A DNA stretch of 64,000 bases from an uncultured Nitrososphaerota archaeon. GTDB taxonomy: Archaea; Korarchaeota; Korarchaeia; Korarchaeales; Korarchaeaceae. The stretch lies in assembly GCA_964594835.1 (NCBI GenBank), contig CAZQNA010000003.1, forward strand, positions 64,001 through 128,000. Direction: 5' to 3'. Numbering within the stretch: position 1 is the stretch's first letter; the number at the start of each line of letters is the position of its first letter. A model generated the notes under the pieces. The model had not been told where the DNA came from, did no database searches, and was given only the letters and a program-made list of their open reading frames with translations. The translations under genes and the position numbers were made by a program. Of this stretch, positions 19,485-29,580 are shown piece after piece.

Positions 19485-21101
19485 ATGTCCGAGACCCCCC
19501 GACGGAACTTCTTGAAGGTGGCCGGAGCGGCCGTCGTGGCCGCCGCCCTGGGCGTCATAGGGTATAAGGTGGCCAAGAAGCCGTCCCCCACACCCACCCC
19601 CACCACCCAGCCGCCCTCAACCACCGCGGCCCCTACCACCGCCCCGCCAGCCAAGGAGAAGGTCCTCATCTTCGGGCTGAAGGAGGACGTGGTGACCCTC
19701 GACCCGGCCATGCACAGGAAGAGGGTCACCGAGAGCGTGATCCAGCAGTATGCCGAGCCGCTGTTCTGGAGGACCAACGACATGCGGGTCATCCCGCACC
19801 TGCTTGAGTCCTACGAGTTCGTCGACGACCTGACCTGGAGGCTGAGGCTGAGGAAGGGGATCAAGTTCCACGACGGGACCGAGCTGAAGGCGGAGGACGT
19901 GAAGTTCACCCTGGAGAGGATACTCGACCCCAACCAGAACTCCCCCAGGGCCAGCATGATCGACGAGATTGACACCATCACGATAATCGACGACTACACC
20001 CTGGAGATCAAGACCAAGTACCCGAGCGGCCCGCTGATGGTGGACCTCACGTACCAGGAGATCCTGCCCAAGCACGCCGTCGAGGCGCAGGGGGAGGACT
20101 TCTTCAAGAACCCGTTCAGCACGGGCCCGTTCAAGTTCGTGGAGTGGGTGCCCGGAGAGAGGATAGTGTTCGAGAAGAACCCCGACTACTGGGGCGGTCC
20201 GGCTGAGGTGCCGCCGGTCGGCCCGCCGAAGGTCGACAAGCTGATCTTCAAGATCATACCAGACTCCGCCACCCGAATGCAGGCCCTCAAGGCCGGAGAG
20301 ATCCACATCTCCTACGGGTTCACCGCCGACCAGGCCGAGGAGATGGCGAGGGACCCGAACCTGGTCGTCGAGAAGGTCAGGGCGGCCAGGTCCGTCTTCG
20401 TGTTCCTGAACACCCACAAGGCGCCCTTCAGCGACAAGAGGGTCCGGCACGCCCTCAACATGGCCGTTGACGTCGACTCCATCATCCAGAACGTGCTGAA
20501 GGGATACGGGCGCAGGATAGCGTGCATGTCCTTCCCGGGCGTCCTGGGGCACGACCCGAACCTGGAGCCCTTCCCGTACGACCCCGACAGGGCGAAGCAG
20601 CTGCTGGCCGAGGCCGGCTACCCGGACGGCTTCGACGCCGTCATGATGTACGACGAGGAGTGGAGGAAGGACCAGGCCGAGGCCATCGCCTACTACCTGG
20701 GGCAGGTCGGCGTCAACGTCACAATCCAGCTGATGGACTGGGGCACCATCAAGAACGAGTACCTCCTCAAGGCCAAGGGAGACATGTACTTCGGCTCCTG
20801 GGGATGCGGCGAGCTGGAGCTCTACGGGAACGTGAACTCCACCTTCGCCAGGGAGGAGAACACCTACGCCTTCCTCTACCACAACGATGATGTCACCAGG
20901 CTGATGAAGGAGGCCCTCGCCACCCTCGACCCGGAGCAGAGGGCCCAGAAGTTCATGGAGCTCGAGAGGATCCTCCAAGAGGACGCTCCCGCCATCTGGC
21001 TGTGGGAGCAGTTCGACCCGTGGGTCTACAGGAAGGAGGTCACCTTCACCCCCAGGACCGACGAGAGGTACAACCTGGTGGACGCCGACATAAGCGTCTA
21101 A
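19485..21101 (+). CDS. ABC transporter substrate-binding protein, family 5 (DppA/OppA-like), Tat signal
   Basis: MSETPRRNFLK twin-arginine signal, Pro/Thr linker, TLDPA, LRKGIKFHDGT, TGPF, VRHALNMAVD. Confidence 0.93.
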   Translation: MSETPRRNFLKVAGAAVVAAALGVIGYKVAKKPSPTPTPTTQPPSTTAAPTTAPPAKEKVLIFGLKEDVVTLDPAMHRKRVTESVIQQYAEPLFWRTNDMRVIPHLLESYEFVDDLTWRLRLRKGIKFHDGTELKAEDVKFTLERILDPNQNSPRASMIDEIDTITIIDDYTLEIKTKYPSGPLMVDLTYQEILPKHAVEAQGEDFFKNPFSTGPFKFVEWVPGERIVFEKNPDYWGGPAEVPPVGPPKVDKLIFKIIPDSATRMQALKAGEIHISYGFTADQAEEMARDPNLVVEKVRAARSVFVFLNTHKAPFSDKRVRHALNMAVDVDSIIQNVLKGYGRRIACMSFPGVLGHDPNLEPFPYDPDRAKQLLAEAGYPDGFDAVMMYDEEWRKDQAEAIAYYLGQVGVNVTIQLMDWGTIKNEYLLKAKGDMYFGSWGCGELELYGNVNSTFAREENTYAFLYHNDDVTRLMKEALATLDPEQRAQKFMELERILQEDAPAIWLWEQFDPWVYRKEVTFTPRTDERYNLVDADISV

Positions 21102-21142
21102 ACCTTCCCCCCTCTCTTTTTTATCCGGGAGCGTGTGTCGCA

Positions 21143-22168
21143 ATGTTAGACCGGGATCTGCTCCGGCTGATCGGACGGCGCATCGTCGGACTAATCCCCG
21201 TGATGTTCGGGATCGCCATAATCGTCTTTCTGGTGTTCAGCTTCGTCCCGGGAGACCCGATCACGATGCTGATAGGCAAGCAGAGCGACGTCAGCGAGGA
21301 GTTCATACAGCAGCTCAGGCACAAGTATGGGCTGGACAGGCCCCTCTACATCCGATTCTTCTACTTCCTCCGCCAGCTGGCCCACGGAGACGTCGGCACA
21401 TCCTACCAGTTCAACAGGCCCGCCCTGGAGGTCGTACTTGAGAGGCTCCCGGCCACGATTGAGCTGGCCATCTTTGCGCTGGCCGTGGCCATCCTGATAG
21501 CCATCCCCGCCGGCATATTCGCCGCCCTGAAGGGAGGGGCGGTGGACAGGGGCATCGTGGGCCTCTCCGTGGTCGGCTTCTCGATGCCCAACTTCTGGAT
21601 AGCCATGCTGCTCATCCTCGTGTTCGGAACCACCCTGAAGGTCCTCCCAATCTCGGGGAGGCTGGACGTCACCCTCGACGTCGAGAGGGTGACGGGCTTC
21701 TACATCCTAGATGGGATATTGGCGGGGGACTGGGAGGTCGTCAGGTCGGCCCTGAGCCACATAATCCTCCCGGCCCTGTCCCTGGGCATCCCGGCGGCCG
21801 CCCTGATAGTCAGGCTCCTGAGGAACAACCTCATCAGCGTCCTGGGGGCCGAGTTCATCAGGGCCGCCAGGGCCAGGGGGCTAAGAGAGAGCGCCGTGAT
21901 ATACAAGCACGCCCTCCGGAACGCCCTGATCCCTACGATCAACATCGTGGCCCTCCAGCTGGGCTTCTTCCTGACCGGCTCCTTCTTCGTCGAGACCGTC
22001 TTCGCCTGGCCCGGGATGGGCCGGCTGGCAGTGGACGCGATCTACGCCAGGGACTACCCGGTGGTGATCGCGGCGGTGATGATATCGGCGCTGTTCTTCG
22101 TCCTCTCAAACCTGCTGGCCGACGTCCTGATCCTGGTGACGGACCCGAGGACGAGGGGGGTGAGGTGA
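21143..22168 (+). CDS. Dpp/Opp ABC permease (DppB-like)
   Basis: PGDP, GLDRP, RLPATIEL, AARARGL, HALRNA, ETVFAWPGMG. Confidence 0.93.
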   Translation: MLDRDLLRLIGRRIVGLIPVMFGIAIIVFLVFSFVPGDPITMLIGKQSDVSEEFIQQLRHKYGLDRPLYIRFFYFLRQLAHGDVGTSYQFNRPALEVVLERLPATIELAIFALAVAILIAIPAGIFAALKGGAVDRGIVGLSVVGFSMPNFWIAMLLILVFGTTLKVLPISGRLDVTLDVERVTGFYILDGILAGDWEVVRSALSHIILPALSLGIPAAALIVRLLRNNLISVLGAEFIRAARARGLRESAVIYKHALRNALIPTINIVALQLGFFLTGSFFVETVFAWPGMGRLAVDAIYARDYPVVIAAVMISALFFVLSNLLADVLILVTDPRTRGVR

Positions 22169-23092
22169 TTGAGCGCGGGCAGGAGGATCGTGACGGTGCG
22201 CGACGACCTCCTGAGGCTCATCAGGGGGCCGACGGTCAGCTACATGAGGAGGGATCCCGGCGCAATAGTGGGGGGCTCAATATTCCTCCTGTTCGTGGTG
22301 TCGGCCCTCTTCGCCGGGTACGTGGCACCGTACGATCCCTACGAGGCAGACCTCGGCAATTCTCTGAGGCCCCCGGTGGGGTTCGGGGGCAGATGGGAGC
22401 ACCCGCTGGGGACGGACGCGATTGGGAGGGACCTGCTCAGCAGGCTGATCTACGGGGCCAGGATCTCTCTGTCCGTGGCGGCGGTCTCCGTGACCCTGGC
22501 CGTCATAGTGGGCGTCTCGCTCGGGGCCCTCTCCGGGTACTTCGGCGGGGTGATAGACGAGGTCCTGATGAGGATCGTCGACTTCTGGCTCAGCTTCCCC
22601 GCAGTGCTGATGGCCATCTCCCTGATGGTGGTCCTGGGCCCAGGCTACTGGAACGTGGTGGCCGCCATGACGCTCACCTCCTGGGTTCCCTTCGCGAGGG
22701 TCGTGAGGGGGGAGTTCCTGACCCTAAGGGAGAGGCCCTTCATCCTGGCCGCGAAGGCGATAGGCGTGGGGAGCGGCCACATAATCTTCAGGGAGGCGCT
22801 TCCCAACACCTTCCCGTCCCTGATAGTCCTCTCGACCTTTCAGCTGGCCAGGAACATAATCTACGAGGCCTCGCTCAGCTTCATCGGGATCGGCGTGAAG
22901 CCGCCCAACCCCTCCTGGGGCCTCATGCTCGGGACCGGGAGGCAGCACATACTGGACGCCTGGTGGATAGCCATGTTCCCCGGGCTCGCGATCACCCTGG
23001 TCGTGCTTGGGATCAACCTACTGGGCGACTCGCTCAGGGACGCGCTGGATCCGACCGTCAAGAAGAAGCTGGGGGTTGTGGAGGTGCAATGA
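22169..23092 (+). CDS. Dpp/Opp ABC permease (DppC-like)
   Basis: HPLGTDAIGRDLLSRLIYGARISL, EASLSFIG, PSWG, NLLGDSLRDALDP. Confidence 0.93.
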   Translation: MSAGRRIVTVRDDLLRLIRGPTVSYMRRDPGAIVGGSIFLLFVVSALFAGYVAPYDPYEADLGNSLRPPVGFGGRWEHPLGTDAIGRDLLSRLIYGARISLSVAAVSVTLAVIVGVSLGALSGYFGGVIDEVLMRIVDFWLSFPAVLMAISLMVVLGPGYWNVVAAMTLTSWVPFARVVRGEFLTLRERPFILAAKAIGVGSGHIIFREALPNTFPSLIVLSTFQLARNIIYEASLSFIGIGVKPPNPSWGLMLGTGRQHILDAWWIAMFPGLAITLVVLGINLLGDSLRDALDPTVKKKLGVVEVQ

Positions 23093-24060
23093 CGGCGCTA
23101 CTCTCGCTCCGGGACGTGACCAAGTACTTCGAGATCAAGAGGGGGATGTTCGAGAGGAGAGTCGTCAAGGCCGTCGACGGGGTCAGCTTCGACGTGGAGG
23201 AGGGTCAGACAGTCGGCCTGGTCGGGGAGAGCGGGTCAGGCAAGTCGACCCTCGCCCTGACGGTCCTGAGGCTGTACGAGCCGACGGGAGGGCAGGCATT
23301 CTTCGAGGGGGAGGACCTCTTCAGCCTCAGGGGTCGGGAACTCACCAGGCTGAGGAGGAAAATGGGGATCGTGTTCCAAGACCCCTACCTCTCCCTGAAC
23401 CCCGTGAAGAGGGTAAGGGACATCGTGGGCCTCCCGCTGAAGGTCCACGCCCCGGACCTGAGCTTCGAGGAGAGGGAGGCCAGGATAAGGGAGATGCTGG
23501 AGCAGGTGGGCCTGAAGGCGTCTGACATCGAGAGGTTCCCGCACGAGTTCAGCGGCGGGCAGAGACAGAGGATAGCCATAGCCAGAGCCCTGATAGTCAG
23601 GCCCAAGTTCCTCATCCTGGACGAGCCCACGTCGGCCCTGGACCTCTCCGTGCAGGCGAAGATACTCAACCTGCTGCTGGACCTGCAGAGGGAGTTCAGG
23701 CTGACCTACCTTTTCATAACCCACGACATGAACGTGATCAAGCACATCTCCGACAGGATCAACGTGATGTACCTCGGCAAGCTCGTGGAGTCCGCCGAGA
23801 CCGAGGAACTCTTCGAGAGACCGCTCCACCCGTACACCCAGGCCCTCCTGTCGTCTGTCCCGACCCTGGACCCCAGGCGGAGGGGCAGGAAGAGGATACT
23901 GCTCAGGGGGGACCCGCCGGACCCGGCCAACCCGCCCTCGGGGTGCAGGTTCTCCAGCAGGTGCCCGCTGGCCGAAGAGATCTGCAGGCGGGAGGAGACC
24001 CCGCTGGTCGAGGTGGAGCCCGGCCACTGGGTGGCCTGCCACAGGGTGGGGGGTGGCTGA
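23089..24060 (+). CDS. Dpp/Opp ABC ATPase (DppF-like)
   Basis: GESGSGKST, FSGGQRQR, LDEPTSALD, HPYT, CRF..RC; ATG 23089 overlaps the dppC stop. Confidence 0.93.
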   Translation: MTALLSLRDVTKYFEIKRGMFERRVVKAVDGVSFDVEEGQTVGLVGESGSGKSTLALTVLRLYEPTGGQAFFEGEDLFSLRGRELTRLRRKMGIVFQDPYLSLNPVKRVRDIVGLPLKVHAPDLSFEEREARIREMLEQVGLKASDIERFPHEFSGGQRQRIAIARALIVRPKFLILDEPTSALDLSVQAKILNLLLDLQREFRLTYLFITHDMNVIKHISDRINVMYLGKLVESAETEELFERPLHPYTQALLSSVPTLDPRRRGRKRILLRGDPPDPANPPSGCRFSSRCPLAEEICRREETPLVEVEPGHWVACHRVGGG

Positions 24061-25142
24061 TGGTGCTCAGGATGGTCGCTCTCTCCGGTGGGCCCCGGGA
24101 GATGGGGCTCCAGCTCGGGAAGGAGGTCAGGTCCCTGACCCCCCACATCAGGGAGCTCTTCGACGCTGTCCGGAGGGAGATAGGGGAGAACCTCTCCCTC
24201 GAGAGGCTCGTGGGGGACATGAGGGCCGTGGTCGAGAGGCACTCCCCCGAGTTCATGGAGATGCTCGAGGGCGTGGCCGAGGGTGCCTGGTTCGCCAGGG
24301 ACATCCTGTTCGAGACGACCTGCTCCACGTTCCTCAGACACATGCTGCACTACGGCCTGGAGTGCTCGGTCTGGGCTGTCAGGGCTGAGCACACGGTCGT
24401 AGGGGAGCCCATCCTGGCCAAGAACAGGGACAAGAGGGTCAGGTACAAGCCCCTCCACCTGTTCGTCTACGCCAGGCCGAGGGACGGCCTCGCCTACTTC
24501 GCCTCCACGAACGCCGGCGACCCGGGGGTGGCTGGGGGAGGGATGAACGAGAGGGGCCTGACCGTGTTCTCGACGTACGTGGCCTCGTCCGACATCGGGG
24601 TGGGCCTGCCCGACAACGTCCTGGCGAAGATGATACTCGAGAGCTGCTCCACGGTGGAGGAGGCCATAGATCTCCTGAAGTCGGTCCCCCGGCTCGGCCA
24701 GTTCACCTTCACGCTGGGCGACTCCAAGGGGGACATAGCCGTGGTGGAGGTCGGATACAGCGAGCTCGACGTGGAGTTCCCCGAGTCCGGGTACGCCTTC
24801 CGGACGAACCACTTCAAATCCGCCAGGATGAGCGAGAGGTACTACGACCCCTACCACTACACCGAGTACGAGAGGGAGGACACCCTGGCCAGGTGGAGGC
24901 ACCTCGACGAGAGGGTGCGGGGTGCGCTGGGCACCATAGACCTGAACTTCGTGAAGAGGCTCATGAGGTACCACGACCCGGCGGGGCACTCGATCTGCAG
25001 GCACGTGGGGGAGGGGGACGTCCCGATAGAGACCGTGGCGTCCATGATAGCCCTGCCCAGAAGGACCAGGATCCTCTTCGCCGAGGGGCCGCCCTGCGAG
25101 CACCCCTACATGTCCCTGGACCTGGGAGGTGGCATGCCGTGA
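24060..25142 (+). CDS. C45-family Ntn-hydrolase (AAT/acyltransferase-like peptidase)
   Basis: Autoprocessing LE|CS, AKNRD, GMNERGL, RTNHF, SICRH, GPPC. Confidence 0.85.
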   Translation: MVLRMVALSGGPREMGLQLGKEVRSLTPHIRELFDAVRREIGENLSLERLVGDMRAVVERHSPEFMEMLEGVAEGAWFARDILFETTCSTFLRHMLHYGLECSVWAVRAEHTVVGEPILAKNRDKRVRYKPLHLFVYARPRDGLAYFASTNAGDPGVAGGGMNERGLTVFSTYVASSDIGVGLPDNVLAKMILESCSTVEEAIDLLKSVPRLGQFTFTLGDSKGDIAVVEVGYSELDVEFPESGYAFRTNHFKSARMSERYYDPYHYTEYEREDTLARWRHLDERVRGALGTIDLNFVKRLMRYHDPAGHSICRHVGEGDVPIETVASMIALPRRTRILFAEGPPCEHPYMSLDLGGGMP

Positions 25143-26116
25143 CGCTTCTGGAGGTAAGGGACCTGAAGGTCTACTACTACGCCTTCGACGGCGTCGTGAG
25201 GGCCGTCGACGGCGTCTCCCTGAGCATAGGGACCGGCGAGTTCTTCGGACTCATAGGGGAGTCCGGCTGCGGGAAGTCCACCCTGGGCAACGCTATCCTG
25301 AGGCTGGTCCCGCCCCCCGGAATGATCTCCGGGGGGAGCATCTACTTCCAGGGGGAGAACCTCCTCTCCCTCTCGGAGGAGAGGATGAGGGATATCCGGG
25401 GAGACAGGATCTCCATGATATTCCAGGACCCGACGGCCGCGCTTGACCCGGTCTACACGATAGGGGACCAGATCGTCGAGACGATCCTGGCCCACAACCC
25501 CGACTACGGGAAGAGGGAGGCGGAGCAGAGGGCCGTGGAGCTCCTCAAGCTAGTGGGGATCCCGGGGGCCGAGGCTAGGATCCACGAGTACCCCCACCAG
25601 TTCAGCGGGGGCATGAGGCAGAGGGCCGTCATAGCCATAGCCCTGGCGAACAGCCCTGAACTCTTGATAGCGGACGAGCCGACCACCAACCTAGACGTGA
25701 CCATAGAGGCCCAGATCCTCACCCTCCTGGACCAGCTGAGGAGGAAGCTCAACATGTCCATCCTCCTGATAACCCACAACATAGGGATCGTCGCCGAGTA
25801 CACCGACCGAGTGGGCGTGATGTACGCCGGGAAGTTAGTCGAGTTGGGCAACACGGTGGACGTGCTCACCGACCCCAAACACCCTTATACCCAGGGCCTG
25901 CTCGGCGCGATACCTGGAAGGGGCGGCAGGAAGGGTCGGGTCACGGAGATCCCCGGGACCGTCCCGAACCTGTCCAGCCCGCCTCCCGGGTGCAGGTTCC
26001 ACCCCAGGTGCCCCAGGAGGTTTGAGCCCTGCGACCGGGAGGAGCCTCCGCTGGTGGAGCTCCCCGGCGGGGGGAGGATGGTCGCATGTCACCTGTACAG
26101 GGGTACCGGAAGCTGA
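25139..26116 (+). CDS. Dpp/Opp ABC ATPase (DppD-like)
   Basis: GESGCGKST, YPHQFSGGMRQR, ADEPTT, HPYT, CRFHPRC; GTGA overlap. Confidence 0.93.
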   Translation: MTLLEVRDLKVYYYAFDGVVRAVDGVSLSIGTGEFFGLIGESGCGKSTLGNAILRLVPPPGMISGGSIYFQGENLLSLSEERMRDIRGDRISMIFQDPTAALDPVYTIGDQIVETILAHNPDYGKREAEQRAVELLKLVGIPGAEARIHEYPHQFSGGMRQRAVIAIALANSPELLIADEPTTNLDVTIEAQILTLLDQLRRKLNMSILLITHNIGIVAEYTDRVGVMYAGKLVELGNTVDVLTDPKHPYTQGLLGAIPGRGGRKGRVTEIPGTVPNLSSPPPGCRFHPRCPRRFEPCDREEPPLVELPGGGRMVACHLYRGTGS

Positions 26117-27069
26117 ATGAGAACATGCTCGAGATCCTGGCCATCCTCGACGGGATCGAGGGGCCGGCCACGTCGGGCGAGATCCAGAGGGAGCTGAACA
26201 GGCGTGGCATCTACCTCAGCCAGAGGACCATCAGGTACTACCTGAAGCTCATGGACGAGCTGGGGCTCACCAGGAAGGTGAGGAAGGCCAGGCAGATAAC
26301 TAGCGAGGGCCGCAGGAGGATGCGGGCCCTGACGGTCTCCACTAGGATGGAGTGGATGCTGGACAGGATGTACCAGAGGATAGCTGAGATGGACTTCGAC
26401 CTCGGGGAGGGGAGGGGGACCGTGATCGCCAACAAGCTGTTCATCAGGAGGGAGGACTTTACCTGGGTGATGAGGCACGTCCTGAGCCTGGGGAAGGAGG
26501 TCCCCAGGATTCTCTTCTACCCGAGGTTCCAGGTGAGGGAGTTGGGCCTCAGGAGGGGGGACCTCTTCGAGATCAAGTACGTGTCCTCGAACACGCTCTA
26601 CGGCATACTCCTCAGGAACGGGGTCCCCGTGAGCATAAAGGGCGTCGGCCTGCTCGAGCTCAGAGACTACAGGCCCACTACATTCTCGGAGGTGATGCAC
26701 TACTCAGGCACGACGATAAGCCCCTCCCAGCTCCTGATATTCGCGGGCATGACCAAGGTCTCGGAGGCGGCCAAGAGGGGGACGGGAACGGTCCTGGCCA
26801 CCTTCGGGGAGATCCCCTACAACAGCATCTCGAAGGCCCAGAAGATACTCGAGAGGATGAGGGGGCTCGGCTTCGAGGGTATCATGGAGATAAGGGAGCC
26901 GGGGTTCGCCTACGGCCTGAGGACCGGGAAGCTGAGGGGCGTGGTGATCAGCGTCACGGGCGCGAACTTACCGGCCATGATAAGGGAGGGCGGCTTCGAT
27001 ATCAGGATGGCCTTCGACACCGGGATGGAGGAGCTGGAGTCCTTCGACAGGAGCGTCATCCCGGTCTGA
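26113..27069 (+). CDS. NrpR-like (DUF128) transcriptional repressor: wHTH plus a single NrpR domain
   Basis: LEILAIL...RTIRYYLKLMDELGLT...RQITSEG; MDFD...GTVIAN, YSGTTISP, GTVLA, GANL; start 26113 (CTG) or 26125 (ATG). Confidence 0.8.
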   Translation: MNENMLEILAILDGIEGPATSGEIQRELNRRGIYLSQRTIRYYLKLMDELGLTRKVRKARQITSEGRRRMRALTVSTRMEWMLDRMYQRIAEMDFDLGEGRGTVIANKLFIRREDFTWVMRHVLSLGKEVPRILFYPRFQVRELGLRRGDLFEIKYVSSNTLYGILLRNGVPVSIKGVGLLELRDYRPTTFSEVMHYSGTTISPSQLLIFAGMTKVSEAAKRGTGTVLATFGEIPYNSISKAQKILERMRGLGFEGIMEIREPGFAYGLRTGKLRGVVISVTGANLPAMIREGGFDIRMAFDTGMEELESFDRSVIPV

Positions 27070-28465
27070 CCGGAGAGACGGAGTCAAGGAGGATCTTCAG
27101 GGCCTTGTCCGGCTCCCTCCCGGCTAGGAGGCCCATGGCCCAGAAGACGTAGGCCCTGTCAACGTACATGTCGGGCTCCCTAGGCTTGAGGACGAAGGGC
27201 CTGGACTCATCGTAGACCGCCTCGCCGAGGATCCTCCAAGGCCTCCTGCTGTTAACGATCGGGCCCCCCGTGCCGACGACCGTCCTCACACCGGTCAGGT
27301 CCTTCCCCGTCAGGACGTAGAACTTCCCCATGGGGGTCGGTATCTCCTCCAGTCTCCCCACGTGCCTCTCCACCCCGAGCTCGACCGCCGACCTGGCCAG
27401 CGCCTCGTCCACCAGCCAGTCGAACTCGGTCTTGGGCAGGTAGCTGGTGTGTCGGCGCAGCATGCGGATGTGCTCCTCCACGGCCTCGGGCCTGACGTCC
27501 CCTAGGTCCTCTCTGATCTTGGACACTATCCTCTCGAGGCCGGCCGCCTCCAGCAGCGACTCGGCGCTCACCCTGACCCCCAGGTCCCCCTCCACGGTCC
27601 TCTTCAAGTACGGTTCCTCTAGACCCTTCTCCACCACCCCCGGGAGTTCTGACCTCCCTTCCGCCACGCTGTAGACGTTGGTCGTGGCCCCCCCTATCTC
27701 GACGGCCAGGAGCTCTCCCATGCCGCCCTGGGAGCGGGTCCCCTCCGCGAGGAGCTCTGCCGCCCTCAGAGAGGCAGAGGGGGTGGGCATGAGGATATCG
27801 AGCAGCCCCGTGACCCTGTCTAGTCCCTTTGCCTGGATTATCCTCCTCAGGAAGATCTCCCTGATCTTCTCGTTGGCGGGCCTCACGTTGAGCTTCCCCA
27901 GCTCGGGCATGATGTTCTCGGTCCAGTAGACCTCCTTTCCGGCCGAGGAGAGTATCTCCACCACGTCGTCCCTGGCCTCCTTGTTCCCCGCCACCAGGAT
28001 GGGACAGCTGAGCCCCGAGGAGGCCAGCATCCTGGCGTTGTGCGTTATCGTCTTCTTGTCCCCGCCGTCCGTCCCGCCGGTCAGGAGGACGATGTCGGGG
28101 TCCTGCGACTCTATCGAGGCCACCTCGCTCCTGGTGAGCTCAAACGAGTACACCCCGATGACCTTGGCCCCGGCCGTCAGCGCGGCCCTCCTGCCAGCCT
28201 CGGCGCTGTACTTCGGCACCAGCCCGACGACGACCATTTTCAGCCCGCCTGCGGCGCTGCTGCAGGCCAGCCTGTACTCGAAGGGGCCGTCCGACAGGTC
28301 GTCGAGGGAGAGTCCGATCTCCCCCAGGGCCCTCGCCAGCCCGTGCCTGACGTCCGTGTCCACCGTGCTTGGCGCCCTGGAGGAGGAGACCACCCGCTCC
28401 TCCCCCAGGTCGACCACGACGGCCTTGGTGAAGGTGCTTCCGAAGTCTATCAGGAGGGCCCGCAA
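27056..28465 (-). CDS. glmL: GlmL/MutL-type B12-mutase accessory (reactivating) ATPase
   Basis: LIDFGSTFTK, ACSSAAGGL, TGGTDGG, AGNK, MPTP, EIGGATTNVYS, KRTVEGDLG, VGTGG. Confidence 0.9.
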   Translation of the reverse strand: MRALLIDFGSTFTKAVVVDLGEERVVSSSRAPSTVDTDVRHGLARALGEIGLSLDDLSDGPFEYRLACSSAAGGLKMVVVGLVPKYSAEAGRRAALTAGAKVIGVYSFELTRSEVASIESQDPDIVLLTGGTDGGDKKTITHNARMLASSGLSCPILVAGNKEARDDVVEILSSAGKEVYWTENIMPELGKLNVRPANEKIREIFLRRIIQAKGLDRVTGLLDILMPTPSASLRAAELLAEGTRSQGGMGELLAVEIGGATTNVYSVAEGRSELPGVVEKGLEEPYLKRTVEGDLGVRVSAESLLEAAGLERIVSKIREDLGDVRPEAVEEHIRMLRRHTSYLPKTEFDWLVDEALARSAVELGVERHVGRLEEIPTPMGKFYVLTGKDLTGVRTVVGTGGPIVNSRRPWRILGEAVYDESRPFVLKPREPDMYVDRAYVFWAMGLLAGREPDKALKILLDSVSPVRPG

Positions 28466-28468
28466 GGG

Positions 28469-29554
28469 CTATTCTCCCCTCACGAACGCCACTATATCCT
28501 CCGCGGACATCCCCTCCAGACCGAGGTTCCTCGCGCTCCTCCCCTCTCTGTAGAAGTCCCTGTCGAAGACCGCCGAGGCTATGGATATGAGGGACCTCGA
28601 GACGGGGGTGCTCACCCCGACCTGCTCCCCCACGTCGGCGTAGGGCACCAGACCGGTGGGGACGTCCTCCAGGAGGTACCTGACGGCCAGCGTGGAGGGC
28701 GCCTTTATCCCCCTGTAGGCCTCGTTGTTCTGCAGGGCCTCGTAGACATCCTTCCCCCTCGCACCGTACTTCTCCTCCAGCCACTCCAGCAGGCTAAGTA
28801 CGTGGGTGTCTAGCGCCCGCGCCAGGGCCACCCTTTCGGCGTCTACCCTCTCAAGCACCTTGGACACGGATGGGCTGGCGCCCTCCACGTAGAACTCGAA
28901 GTCCCCCCCGCGCTCTATCCAGCCCGCGTTCATGAGCGTGATCGTGGGGTGGAACACCGCCCCTATGTTGGTGAGGCTGGTCTCGAGCACGTCCCTGGCC
29001 CCGTCGAACTGCGGGTATAGCTGGCGGATCGTGTCCAGCAGCTCTCCGGTGTCGGGGGCTGGAAGGGCGGCCAGCCTGACTTCCTTCTTGACCCCGAGCA
29101 CCCTCGCCCTCGTGGGGGACAGCCCCCTGGCCGCGTAGACCAAGGTCTCGGCCTCTCCGACTATCACTCCCTCGGCCCTCTCTCCCAGTATCCTCTTGAA
29201 CTCGATCGCCCCGAAGGTCCTGCCCGGGTTCAGCAGGATCTTCTGACCCCGCCGGAGGTGGGGGGCGATCGACCGGGCGATGTGCCTGTGGGCGTGGGCG
29301 GGGACGACCACCATGATCAGGTCGGCGTCCCTCACGGCCTCGCCGGCGTCGGTGGTGGCGAGGGCGATGGGGCCGAAGCCCTCGACCGCCCCCTCCAGCT
29401 CTATCCCTCCCCTCCTCCTGACCTCCCCGAGGTCAACGTTGAACTCCGGCTCCCTCTCCTTGTAGTTGTAGAGCCGGACCTCGTGCCCCATCAGGCCCAG
29501 GTGGGCGGCCATGGCCTTGCCGCCGTGGCCGGCGCCCATCACGGCTATCCTCAT
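28469..29554 (-). CDS. NAD(P)-dependent opine (octopine/nopaline-type) dehydrogenase
   Basis: GAGHGG Rossmann motif, LNPGRTFG, NIGAVFHP, FYVEG, RYLLEDVPTGLVP. Confidence 0.9.
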   Translation of the reverse strand: MRIAVMGAGHGGKAMAAHLGLMGHEVRLYNYKEREPEFNVDLGEVRRRGGIELEGAVEGFGPIALATTDAGEAVRDADLIMVVVPAHAHRHIARSIAPHLRRGQKILLNPGRTFGAIEFKRILGERAEGVIVGEAETLVYAARGLSPTRARVLGVKKEVRLAALPAPDTGELLDTIRQLYPQFDGARDVLETSLTNIGAVFHPTITLMNAGWIERGGDFEFYVEGASPSVSKVLERVDAERVALARALDTHVLSLLEWLEEKYGARGKDVYEALQNNEAYRGIKAPSTLAVRYLLEDVPTGLVPYADVGEQVGVSTPVSRSLISIASAVFDRDFYREGRSARNLGLEGMSAEDIVAFVRGE

Positions 29555-29580
29555 CCAACCGCCTCCCTTCGCCCGCCTGC

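Noticed and set aside
22165-23088. N-terminal extension of the 631-aa ORF
   Set aside because: Off-frame overlap with the dppC-like gene; the ATPase starts at 23089
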